DNA from: a virus
Taxonomy: Duplodnaviria > Caudoviricetes
Length of the DNA: 44,883 bases
Strand: one strand, 5' to 3'
IMG/VR virus record: IMGVR_UViG_3300029179_000004
Span: 1-44,883 of that record
Of this stretch, positions 1-8,107 are shown one piece after another; position 1 is the stretch's first letter; each line of letters begins with the position of its first letter. A program made the position numbers and the translations under genes. The notes beneath the pieces were generated by a model. That model was not told the DNA's origin, did not search any database, and worked only from the letters and a program-made list of their open reading frames with translations.

Positions 1-17
1 GTTTCCCAGTCACGATC
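1..17 (+). other. Random-amplification (SISPA / Round A-B) primer tag, library artefact
   Basis: GTTTCCCAGTCACGATC at the very start; its exact reverse complement ends the window; matches the M13-derived tag of random-priming primers. Confidence 0.9.
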
Positions 18-48
18 GGGGGCGGTCAAAATCCTTCACATTTATCGC

Positions 49-77
49 TTGACGCGGCTTCTACTTCATGGTACAAT
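49..77 (+). promoter_or_regulatory. sigma70-type promoter for the RhuM-like gene
   Basis: TTGACG-17nt-TACAAT with extended -10 TG; GGAGAAGG ribosome-binding site before ATG 122. Confidence 0.7.
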
Positions 78-121
78 CGTCGCGTCACCCAGCCAGGTTT
101 ATCGATTTCGGAGAAGGTCTT

Positions 122-1033
122 ATGCAAGTGATTCAGTACGTCGCTCCCGATGCGGTGGTTCCCATGATTTTGGAAGACGGCATCGGTTGGCTGTCGTAGA
201 ACAGCATCCAGCAGATTTTAGGGCTTGCTCAACAGACTGTCAGTCAACATTTAATCAATCTGGATGAGCAGGGTGTTTTTGAAAAGGGTTCAGTTCACCG
301 TATTTTCCGGTTAACTGGTTCGGATCAAAAATCATACGACATCAAACATTACAATTCTGAAGTCGTGACGTTGTTAGCGAGCCGCTCGCGTGACGCCCGA
401 CGGGCGATGAGTTTCCTTCGGTGGGTTGCTGCGACCATTGCTGAGTTGAAGGTCAAAGGCTTCGTGGTCGACGAGTCTCGACTCGAAGCGGACAAGAAAG
501 CTCGCGAGGAGCTGTTCGCGGAGATTCGGCGGATTCGGACATCGGACAAAGAGGCGTATCGCAAGATCACGGACATCCTGGCGACGAGTTACGACTATGA
601 TCCGAACGCTCCCATGGTGCGGTTGATGTTTGCGCATCTTCAGAACCTCGTGCACTACGCCATTCATGGACACACGGCTGCCGAGCTTATCGTTGAGCGA
701 GTGGGAGTTGAGAAACCCAATCTCGGCTTGCAAACGTGGAAGGGTAAGAAGGTGACTAAGGCGGATGTCAAGGTTGCGAAGAACTATTTGAAACCTGATG
801 AGCTATCAAAGATGCAGCGCCTTGCTGAGGGTCTTTTACTCGATGCAGAGTTGCTCTGTGAGTTAGGGCGAGGGATGTCGATGCAAGACTGGATGGACCT
901 GCTTGAAGGCAAGATGAAGTTGCTCAGCCTCCCGCTGCTTGAAGGTCATGGGAGAGTGACACAAAAAGCAGCAGAGAAGCGTGCGACTGAAGTTTACTCG
1001 ACATGGAAATCTGTCGGTGCACTGCGGGGCTAG
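122..1033 (+). CDS. RhuM-family DNA-binding protein with an in-frame TAG at 197-199 (ORF track shows only 365-1033)
   Basis: ATG122 reads MQVIQY...GWLS*NSIQQILG...SQHLINLDEQG...IKHYN, in frame with IRRIRTSDKEAYRKITDILATSYDYDP...HGHTAAELI...VAKNYL, typical of RhuM. Confidence 0.75.
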
Positions 1034-1054
1034 AGAAATTCGGATATTTTTTCA

Positions 1055-1840
1055 TCAGTCCAGCCATTCCCTAAACAGTTCAAGGTCCACGGGTTCCCGG
1101 ATTCTTTCTACGCCGTCTTGGAGAAAATAACTTAGATCCTCCTGGCGCTCAGCGTCAGAGTGGAACCCTATCGCATGCAGCCAGCTGGAAAATTTATACC
1201 GTTTCTTGACATCCCTTGGATCTTTCATGACCTCTTCGACGAGGCGGGCTCCTACTTGGCTATCCTCTTTCTGCATATAGATGTTTGCACGAAAATGCAA
1301 TTTCACTATGTCTCCTGTCTTCCAGAAACTAGGTGTTCTTAGACCAAATATCCTTGTTAGTTTCCCGCCTTGCACAATCTCAACTTTTCTGACTACCATG
1401 TCTTTATTGACCTTCATAACATGCTGGAAGGATCTTTGTAATTGGACCCTTATGCCGTCCATCAAAATATACACTGGGCTAGGCCACCCATTATATGAAA
1501 CTTCACAGTCTCTACAAGTCCAAAATCCGATATGATAAAGGGGCTCCAAGATATTTGAATCTGCAAATTGATCGTCTCCAGCCACTCTCTTAAAATCCAA
1601 TTCGGGCTTTGTTGCAGCCGGATTGGAAATCAGATCATTTAATATCTTCAGTCCCTTCTGTGCATTATCCTGTGTAATAGTCAAACACCCTTTGAACTTT
1701 ACTGGGTCGACTCCGGCCTCTGTTAATCTCTCATAGAAAGTTAATGATCCGTCTTCTCTTTCGATCACAACACTCTGTGGTGTATTAGTAGAGGCTTGCG
1801 AAGGATAAGTGAAATCGATTTCTTGCTTGGAATCATTCAA
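1055..1840 (-). CDS. Hypothetical protein; C-terminus weakly resembles the P63C domain
   Basis: 261-aa ORF; ANIY...EEVMKDP...KKRYKFSSWL is loosely P63C-like. Confidence 0.55.
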   Translation of the reverse strand: MNDSKQEIDFTYPSQASTNTPQSVVIEREDGSLTFYERLTEAGVDPVKFKGCLTITQDNAQKGLKILNDLISNPAATKPELDFKRVAGDDQFADSNILEPLYHIGFWTCRDCEVSYNGWPSPVYILMDGIRVQLQRSFQHVMKVNKDMVVRKVEIVQGGKLTRIFGLRTPSFWKTGDIVKLHFRANIYMQKEDSQVGARLVEEVMKDPRDVKKRYKFSSWLHAIGFHSDAERQEDLSYFLQDGVERIREPVDLELFREWLD

Positions 1841-1887
1841 TCGAAGGACAATGATGTTAATAGAACATACTCCTCTCTATCAGGATG

Positions 1888-2124
1888 TTAAAGTTGTTGG
1901 TTCAGACCGAAATCTCGCCAACTGATGCAGTCTAGGATAGTCGTGTAGTTCTCTTCACTGACCTCTTCGCGGGTCAGTCCGCTTGAGTGACAAGCTTCGG
2001 CTTCTTCTAAGTTTTTAAGTGTTTCGTCCAGATCAATCCTACTCTCATAATATTTCGTGAAAATCTCCATTTGTCGCTCATCGCTTTGTGTCATGTAAAA
2101 TTTAGCAGGAATACTAAAGGTCAT
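1888..2124 (-). CDS. Small acidic hypothetical protein, paralog of 2178-2426
   Basis: GGAG RBS and its own promoter; shared pattern IP..F..T...D..ET.KNL....AC...GL....S..N...ILD. Confidence 0.75.
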   Translation of the reverse strand: MTFSIPAKFYMTQSDERQMEIFTKYYESRIDLDETLKNLEEAEACHSSGLTREEVSEENYTTILDCISWRDFGLNQQL

Positions 2125-2168
2125 AGGTGTTCTCCAAAGTTGCCGTTCCGAATGTTTCTTATAATGTT

Positions 2169-2197
2169 ATTGTAGAACTACTTCGTCAGGGAGTCAA
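2169..2197 (-). promoter_or_regulatory. sigma70-type promoter
   Basis: TTGACT-17nt-TACAAT with A-rich upstream tract. Confidence 0.75.
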
Positions 2198-2426
2198 GGA
2201 AATTTTTATTTTTTACGAGGACTAGGGAGTCCAGAATCTTTTTCTTATTTTTCAGACTGATCTGTCTGAGTATAAGTCCCTTGATGTTGCAGGCCTTGAT
2301 TGTGCTCAGGTTTTTTCTTGTTTCCTCGGTGTCGACCGCTTGAGCAAGCACCTCGAGAATCCCTTGTATATCCCGCGAGTGTTCGGGGGTTAAGAAAAAT
2401 CTTCGTGGAATGTCTGTGACTGTCAT
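2178..2426 (-). CDS. Small basic hypothetical protein, paralog of 1888-2124
   Basis: GGGAG RBS and its own promoter; aligns with the neighbouring ORF. Confidence 0.75.
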   Translation of the reverse strand: MTVTDIPRRFFLTPEHSRDIQGILEVLAQAVDTEETRKNLSTIKACNIKGLILRQISLKNKKKILDSLVLVKNKNFLDSLTK

Positions 2427-2458
2427 CTCTTCTCCCTCAGTCTCGTGTCGTTGTCTCG

Positions 2459-3250
2459 TTACCTTTCTATATTAACTTCAGGGCTGCGGCTTGTCAAGGG
2501 AATTTTTATTTTTTTCCTAAATTCCTCCAACTCGCTCTGGCTGGTGGATTGGAGAGGCTCTCCTTTTCTGAGCGCATCGAGTTCGAGGCTGGAGAAGGTG
2601 ACGGCATTGAGGACGTAATCTTTCCATGCTTGCACCGAGATGGGTGCGAGAGGGGTGATGATGTCGAGAATCATTTGGGCCATTTGCCGGATCTCTAGCT
2701 GTGCGTGTTCGTCGAGTCGCAGTTTGAGGAAGTGGAACAAGTTGTGCAGGTCCATTTTCCAGATCATCTCGGTGTAGATGTTGAGCGGGAGTCCCATGCG
2801 TGCTTGCTCTGGGGCGATGTCGAGGTCCAAGGCTTCTTGGTACAGATTGTACATCTCGACAGTCGTGTCGTTGATTCGCTTCAATATATCCCGCTGATCC
2901 GAGCTCGGGTCTTCGACGGCGTCGCTACCTTGCTTGTTGTATCTGTGTTTCTGTCGCGGGTCTTTGATTTCGAACAGGTTTCCGGGGAGTTCGGTGTATC
3001 TGGCTGACACTTCGTTGATACTCGCAGTTCGGTGCCTCACCCACTGTCTTGCTACGAAAATGGGCATCGATGCTCGAAATTTGAACACGACCATTTCGAA
3101 TGGACTCGTGTGTCGGTTTCTCATCATGTACCGGATCAACTGTTCTGGGTTCTTTGACGGCTTGTTTGCAAAGCTTACTCGTGCCGCTTCGACTACTGCT
3201 TCGTCGCAACTTCCAGTCCCAGGCATCCGGTCGATCAGTTCAATTTTCAC
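2459..3250 (-). CDS. thyX: Flavin-dependent thymidylate synthase
   Basis: AARVS, HTSPFE, ThyX signature RHRTASINEVSARY, FLKLRLDEHAQLEIR. Confidence 0.95.
   Translation of the reverse strand: MKIELIDRMPGTGSCDEAVVEAARVSFANKPSKNPEQLIRYMMRNRHTSPFEMVVFKFRASMPIFVARQWVRHRTASINEVSARYTELPGNLFEIKDPRQKHRYNKQGSDAVEDPSSDQRDILKRINDTTVEMYNLYQEALDLDIAPEQARMGLPLNIYTEMIWKMDLHNLFHFLKLRLDEHAQLEIRQMAQMILDIITPLAPISVQAWKDYVLNAVTFSSLELDALRKGEPLQSTSQSELEEFRKKIKIPLTSRSPEVNIER
2469..2497 (-). promoter_or_regulatory. sigma70-type promoter
   Basis: TTGACA-17nt-TAATAT, exactly 300 bp from the promoter at 2169-2197, same AAAAATAAAAATT upstream tract. Confidence 0.75.
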
Positions 3251-3279
3251 GTTTCATCTCGGAAAAAATAAAATTTTAC

Positions 3280-3332
3280 TTGACAGTGTTTGTCGGAGAT
3301 GCTAGTATATCTTCAGTTAAGGGCTTTGTCAA
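3280..3332. promoter_or_regulatory. Two overlapping, oppositely oriented sigma70-type promoters (thyX and nuclease-dcd)
   Basis: Plus: TTGACA(3280)-17-TAGTAT with TG extension; minus: TTGACA(3332)-17-TATACT; the -10 boxes overlap. Confidence 0.7.
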
Positions 3333-3342
3333 CGGGTGGAAG

Positions 3343-4077
3343 ATGAAGTTGAGAATTTCAGCAGTAGCGGGAGCTTATTATGATTATCTTCAGTTTGTGG
3401 ATCAGTTTGTTTTCGGTATCGAGAAGCCGGCTACGCCTAAGATGTTATTGGGCACGCAGGTGGATGCTATAGTCAAAAATCGTTTGGCGTCGACCTTTGA
3501 CTATGAGCCTGATCGTTTCGACTCGGCGGTGGAGATTACGTCAGGCGCCTTGGAGGTCGCGAACTACTATCTCAGTTCTCCGATATACGACGAGCTCGTA
3601 GAAGACATCGAAGAGATTTTGAATATGGATGCTCCTTTGGAGTTTGATTACGGCGACATCCCTCTTACTGGACATCCTGATTTAATCTACCGATCAAAGG
3701 CGGGTCATATTCGTGTTGTCGATTTTAAGACGACGAGATACTTTAAGACAGGATGGTCACAGCGTTATTTGAATGGCAAAATGAAGACTAAGGAACCTGG
3801 CCGCTCTCTAGTCGAAGCCAATTTCGGGTGGGCGGTTCAGCTTTTTTGTTACGGCTTTCTTTATCAGCCGTGTTTTCTGAGCATCCACGCTTTGACCGAG
3901 GATAGTGTAACTATCTATCCGTGGTATTCTTGGGACCGAGACGGAGCCTTACTGATAGATAATTTTATAAGGAGTTTGTGGGCGCAAGTACAACCGGGAG
4001 GCCACTTGTACCCTAACCTAAGTTACGAAGAGTCCGAAGAGCTAAGGAGATTAAAATGTTACTCACTGCCGAAATGA
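3343..4077 (+). CDS. PD-(D/E)XK (RecB/Cas4-like) exonuclease
   Basis: LGTQVD, LTGHPDLI, VVDFKT, QLFCYG; start moved to ATG 3343 downstream of the promoter. Confidence 0.8.
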   Translation: MKLRISAVAGAYYDYLQFVDQFVFGIEKPATPKMLLGTQVDAIVKNRLASTFDYEPDRFDSAVEITSGALEVANYYLSSPIYDELVEDIEEILNMDAPLEFDYGDIPLTGHPDLIYRSKAGHIRVVDFKTTRYFKTGWSQRYLNGKMKTKEPGRSLVEANFGWAVQLFCYGFLYQPCFLSIHALTEDSVTIYPWYSWDRDGALLIDNFIRSLWAQVQPGGHLYPNLSYEESEELRRLKCYSLPK

Positions 4078-4487
4078 TCCAGCAACAAATTAGGATCGAC
4101 GATGACTATAAAGAACTCACATGTCCGCAGGGCACTTTGATGAGGTATGGATATGAGGGGTTCGGTTACACGGCGAGGCTGGATTTGGAGTCAGGCGAAG
4201 GTTTCTTCGTGATGGCGCCGAACGAGTTTGTCCAGTTTCGCACATTGGAGACATTCCATATTCCGGGCAATGTGCTGGGACTGTTCTATCCGAAAAGCAG
4301 CTACTCGCGTCGAGGTTTGGTGCTCGCCACCTCACCTCTTGAGCCGGGATGGTCCGGTAAAATTACGATGGCTTGGCACAATTTATCCGGCCGTGCCGTG
4401 ACTCTTTATAATAGACAGGGCATTGTGCAGGTTACGTTTTGGCGATCTGATGCAGCTCCTTTGCGAACTTATGCAGGACAATGGTAG
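4056..4487 (+). CDS. dcd: dCTP deaminase (trimeric dUTPase superfamily)
   Basis: TLETFHIP, KSSYSRRG, PLEPGWSGKIT, GIVQVTF. Confidence 0.85.
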   Translation: MLLTAEMIQQQIRIDDDYKELTCPQGTLMRYGYEGFGYTARLDLESGEGFFVMAPNEFVQFRTLETFHIPGNVLGLFYPKSSYSRRGLVLATSPLEPGWSGKITMAWHNLSGRAVTLYNRQGIVQVTFWRSDAAPLRTYAGQW

Positions 4488-4508
4488 CAGAAAAAAGAGA
4501 TGTGACAA

Positions 4509-4904
4509 ATGGAAAAATGGCGTGAAGTTTGGCGAGAAGGTCTCGCCCCTCATTTATCGAAAAAGGGATTGAAGTGTCTTGAGCAGGCTTTGATTAGCGA
4601 TGACTCTCGGTTGTTGCAAGGGGCTACTTGCTATCCTCCTTTTCATGAAAACACGAGCGATCAAGAAGTTCAAGCGGCATGCGCTTTGGGTTTTTGTGTT
4701 TGGCAAGGGGACGGCGAGAACACCGTGAGAGAGGTGGAGTTTCATTTCAATCGCTTATGCGATTTAGTAGATTTTGAAACACTCGGGGTCGCGCCTGTGC
4801 GTCATTTCCTGGATTGGTATGACGACACTCCGCGAGCTGAGATGCGACGAGAGTTGCTCAGAGAGATTTCGGCTTTGAGGGATGATCTTCATACAAACGT
4901 CTAA
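4509..4904 (+). CDS. Conserved hypothetical protein resembling a Gemmataceae family
   Basis: MEKWREVWREG...DDSRLLQGAT...AACALGFCVWQG...FLDWYDDTPRAEMRRELL; family link is from memory, not a search. Confidence 0.75.
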   Translation: MEKWREVWREGLAPHLSKKGLKCLEQALISDDSRLLQGATCYPPFHENTSDQEVQAACALGFCVWQGDGENTVREVEFHFNRLCDLVDFETLGVAPVRHFLDWYDDTPRAEMRRELLREISALRDDLHTNV

Positions 4905-5496
4905 TTTTCGATTGAACATTTTCGACGGATTGAGTAGCATCGAGGACAATGGAAAGTTGTCCGCTATGTGCCTCGGCTAAAAATCCGTCTCGCACTCGCT
5001 GAAAGAAATCAGCCCCTCGCTTCTCGATGTTGTCTGCCATTTTTTTTCGTCTTGGCGCCAGAGTCTCAGCAGTGGCGTCGAGAAGGATGGTAAGATCCGG
5101 CATTATCCCGTTGACTGCAAATTGTCCCAGTTGTCGGATCTCTTCCGGATCGATTCCTCCCGCATGTCCTTGATAAACCACGTTCGAGAGTAAGAACCTG
5201 TCAGAAATGACTACGGCCCCGCGATCAAGTGCTGGTCGAATGACTTCGTCGACGAGTTGAGTTCGGCTTGCCATGAACAAGAGCGTCTCGCTGCGCATAG
5301 ACATGGCTGTCGTGCTTTGATTCAAAAGAATATGTCGTAGCTGTTGGCCAAGGTCTGTCGATCCTGGATCAGCGCATGTAACGACTTCGAGGAACGGAGA
5401 CTGTTTTCGAATCCAATCTGCGAGGAGCTGGCATTGGGTTGATTTACCCGTTCCGTCCGCTCCTTCAATGGCGATGAACAAGCTTGATTTTTTCAT
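4858..5496 (-). CDS. tmk: Thymidylate (dTMP) kinase
   Basis: P-loop IEGADGTGKSTQ, LLFMASR, VISDRF, AYQG-like VYQG, PDLTILLD. Confidence 0.95.
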   Translation of the reverse strand: MKKSSLFIAIEGADGTGKSTQCQLLADWIRKQSPFLEVVTCADPGSTDLGQQLRHILLNQSTTAMSMRSETLLFMASRTQLVDEVIRPALDRGAVVISDRFLLSNVVYQGHAGGIDPEEIRQLGQFAVNGIMPDLTILLDATAETLAPRRKKMADNIEKRGADFFQRVRDGFLAEAHSGQLSIVLDATQSVENVQSKIRRLYEDHPSKPKSL

Positions 5497-5502
5497 TTAC
5501 CG

Positions 5503-5565
5503 AGTCTAGCATATACGACTGTCAAAGTCAAGAGGTCTTGAAAAGCAGAGAAGATGGTGTATGCT
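5503..5565. promoter_or_regulatory. Divergent promoters for tmk (minus) and the morphogenesis block (plus)
   Basis: Minus: TTGACT(5531)-17-TAGACT with TG extension; plus: TTGAAA(5538)-16-TATGCT. Confidence 0.55.
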
Positions 5566-5603
5566 AAAAGAGAGGTGTACTCGAAAATTAGAAAGGAGCT
5601 TTT

Positions 5604-6056
5604 GTGCGAATTTTGATTTTTTCACTGATGATCTTGACAGTGACGGAAGTAAATGCGTGCGGTCGTAGGGGGCGGCAGTCGACTGCTTCGTCGACTTACT
5701 CTGTGCCGATGCAGTCGACGTACTCCGTGCCGATGTCTTCGGGGTGTTCGGGCGGACAAGGAGGTTACTCTGTGCCGATGCAGTCGACGTATTTTGTGCC
5801 AATGCAGTCGACGTACTTTGTGCCGATGCAGTCGACGTACTCTGTGCCGATGTCTTCAGGGTGTTCGGGCGGACAAGGCGGTTACTCTGTGCCGATGTCT
5901 TCGGGCGGACAAGGCGGTTACTCTGTGCCGCTAATGCCTCCCGCCTCGGCTCCTGTTCCTGCGAATCCGAAGACTGCGGTTCCTTTGGTACCGATGCTGA
6001 GAGCAAATTTCGACTATACCCCAGTGATGATGATTGCGAAGGAAGAGGTGTGCTGA
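5604..6056 (+). CDS. Putative exported low-complexity repeat protein
   Basis: AAAGGAG RBS, hydrophobic N-terminus ending VNAC, eight Y(S/F)VP(M/L) repeats. Confidence 0.7.
   Translation: MRILIFSLMILTVTEVNACGRRGRQSTASSTYSVPMQSTYSVPMSSGCSGGQGGYSVPMQSTYFVPMQSTYFVPMQSTYSVPMSSGCSGGQGGYSVPMSSGGQGGYSVPLMPPASAPVPANPKTAVPLVPMLRANFDYTPVMMIAKEEVC
5690..5930 (+). repeat. Compound coding tandem repeat (24-nt QSTYxVPM units interleaved with SSG(CSG)GQGG units)
   Basis: Repeated tactctgtgccgatg and tcgggcggacaagg(a/c)ggt. Confidence 0.9.
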
Positions 6057-6106
6057 AGGTGATTTGAGGTGGATTAGTTAATCCAGCGCATTTTTGGGTT
6101 TTTAAA

Positions 6107-6514
6107 ATGTCTTTGACGCGAAGATACCAGTTTAAGAACAAGCGATCTCCCATTGAGCAGTTCTTGGATTTTGACGCCATTGATCCAACCGACTTCAATG
6201 AGGAGATCGCGATTATTCGTTCTTTGATTCAAGAGCAACTTGATCGAGACGAGCCTGATGCGGCTGAGTTGATCAAGACGATTGAGTCGCTGTCTCGAAT
6301 CATTTTATCAAATCAAAGAGTGATCCAGTCACGGGAAATGATGGTGGACTGGCAGACAATGAATGCGATTGCTCGATCACTTGTTTCAGTGGTAAACAAA
6401 CATGTGCGAGACGTCCCTACTCGTCGATTGATAGCAGACGAGATGCTAGAGGTAATGAGGGGGGCGGAGTACAACGCGAAGCTTCATCTTTTAGAGCAAG
6501 GCGAATACAATTGA
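6107..6514 (+). CDS. Putative terminase small subunit
   Basis: Helical 135-aa protein overlapping the large terminase start; NEEIAIIRSLI motif. Confidence 0.6.
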   Translation: MSLTRRYQFKNKRSPIEQFLDFDAIDPTDFNEEIAIIRSLIQEQLDRDEPDAAELIKTIESLSRIILSNQRVIQSREMMVDWQTMNAIARSLVSVVNKHVRDVPTRRLIADEMLEVMRGAEYNAKLHLLEQGEYN

Positions 6515-8103
6515 GAACCAAGCTCGGCGGCTATGGCAGTTTGTTCAAGTCTATTGCTGACGCCTTCGGCAGTTCTGATTTGACCTGCTCAGAGTGGTCG
6601 GAGTTTCATCGAAAAATCGGTGGCAAGAATTGGAGCTTTGAAAAATATCCTTGGATGAGGGATCTGCACGACAGCGATGACGAGATGTTCGTCGTGAGGA
6701 AAGCTGCTCAGCAAGGATACTCTGAATGCTTGCTCAACAAGGCGTTTTATTGCAACGCAGTGCATCGCAAGTCAGTGTTGTACGTGTTGCCTTCTGCGAT
6801 GAGTGACGCGGCAGATTTTTCGAAGAGCCGTTTCAATCCCGCAATCGTTGAGTCCCCGTTGCTTCGGAATTTGTACACGGATGTCGACAACGTATCATTG
6901 AAACGAGCAGGCTCGTGTAACTTTTATATTCGGGGGAGTCGTGTTCCGTCTCAGTTGAAAAGCATTTCAGTGTCGCTAATTATCTTGGACGAGTATGAGG
7001 AAATGAATCACTCTGCGGTCGCGATGGTTCGTGAAAGACTCGCGGCGCAAGACAAGGGGCAAATCATTTATGTCAGCAATCCGACGATCAGCGGTATCAA
7101 TATCAGTGAGCTGTTTGACCGCTCGACTCAAGAGCATTATCATTTTCGGTGCCCATCGTGCAATGCGTTTGAATACCTGGAGTTTCCTCGATCGCTGGTG
7201 TTCAGTGAAGACAAGCCGAGGGAAGCATACTTGCAATGCAGTCATTGCAAGGCGCGTTTACCGAATGAGAGCAAGTCAGAATGGCTTGCGCAAGGCAAAT
7301 GGGTTGCGAAAGTTCCGAACGCTGCGTTTCGCGGACAGACTATCAATCATCTCTATTCACTTGCCGGAGTTACAACACCTGGTGCTATAGCGGTGGAGTG
7401 GCTGGAAAGCCAAAAGCATCCGGCTCGTCTTCAGAATTTTTATAACAACAAGATGGGCCTGCCTTACAAGTTGGAAGGGGCTTCGGTTACTGAAACAGAT
7501 GTTCTCAATTGCATCGACGTGCAGCCCGTAGACTTGTCTTCGTTACGCGTTTGCATGGGAGTGGATGTTGGGAGTTTGTTTCATTATGAGGTAACAGGGT
7601 ATGACGAGGAAGGTCGTGCGTTCGTGTTGGATTACGGTAGCGACCGGAGCGAGTCGGCGATTTATCAAAAGATGGAAGAGTATGAACCCGTCAAGTGCGT
7701 GATTGATTCGCGACCCGAGACCCGAATCGCGACGCAATTTGCAAAGGCATTTCCTGGTGTTGTCCATCTGTGTCAATATCTTCAAGCGGCTCATGCTGAG
7801 ATCCGGTTGCACAATGAAATGGTCTCGGTGGATCGGACGTCTTTCCTGGACTCAGCGCTGACTCGATTTCGAAAAGGAACAATCAGTATTCGGGTTGTCC
7901 TCCCTTGCTTGGATGAATATAAAAATCAGTTGACTGCTCCAGTGCGAGTTTATGAAGCGGACCCGAGAGGACAGATGAAAGCAGTGTATAGACACACCCG
8001 CGACGACCACTTTGCACACGCAAGATGCTACTCGGAAGTGGCGTACGAACTGACTCAGAGCAGGTGTTCTTTTGATGCTTTCTCTGAAAGAATCATATGG
8101 TGA
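6511..8103 (+). CDS. Terminase large subunit (lambda gpA-like)
   Basis: VVRKAAQQGYSE, RFNPAI, ILDEYEEM, SNPT, CPSC...CSHC, nuclease motifs MGVDVG and DDHFAHA. Confidence 0.92.
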   Translation: MRTKLGGYGSLFKSIADAFGSSDLTCSEWSEFHRKIGGKNWSFEKYPWMRDLHDSDDEMFVVRKAAQQGYSECLLNKAFYCNAVHRKSVLYVLPSAMSDAADFSKSRFNPAIVESPLLRNLYTDVDNVSLKRAGSCNFYIRGSRVPSQLKSISVSLIILDEYEEMNHSAVAMVRERLAAQDKGQIIYVSNPTISGINISELFDRSTQEHYHFRCPSCNAFEYLEFPRSLVFSEDKPREAYLQCSHCKARLPNESKSEWLAQGKWVAKVPNAAFRGQTINHLYSLAGVTTPGAIAVEWLESQKHPARLQNFYNNKMGLPYKLEGASVTETDVLNCIDVQPVDLSSLRVCMGVDVGSLFHYEVTGYDEEGRAFVLDYGSDRSESAIYQKMEEYEPVKCVIDSRPETRIATQFAKAFPGVVHLCQYLQAAHAEIRLHNEMVSVDRTSFLDSALTRFRKGTISIRVVLPCLDEYKNQLTAPVRVYEADPRGQMKAVYRHTRDDHFAHARCYSEVAYELTQSRCSFDAFSERIIW

Positions 8104-8107
8104 CAAG

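Noticed and set aside
197-199. Genome-wide TAG-to-Gln recoding (genetic code 15)
   Set aside because: Many genes end cleanly at TAG just before the next gene (for example 10487, 24107, 41191), and long genes are not fragmented under code 11
3100-3342. N-terminal extension of the nuclease ORF
   Set aside because: It overlaps thyX on the opposite strand and spans the promoter region; ATG 3343 fits better
5506-6198. 230-aa minus-strand ORF and other alternative frames over the repeat region
   Set aside because: Shadow ORFs kept open by the repeats; the plus-strand ORF has the RBS, promoter and signal-like N-terminus
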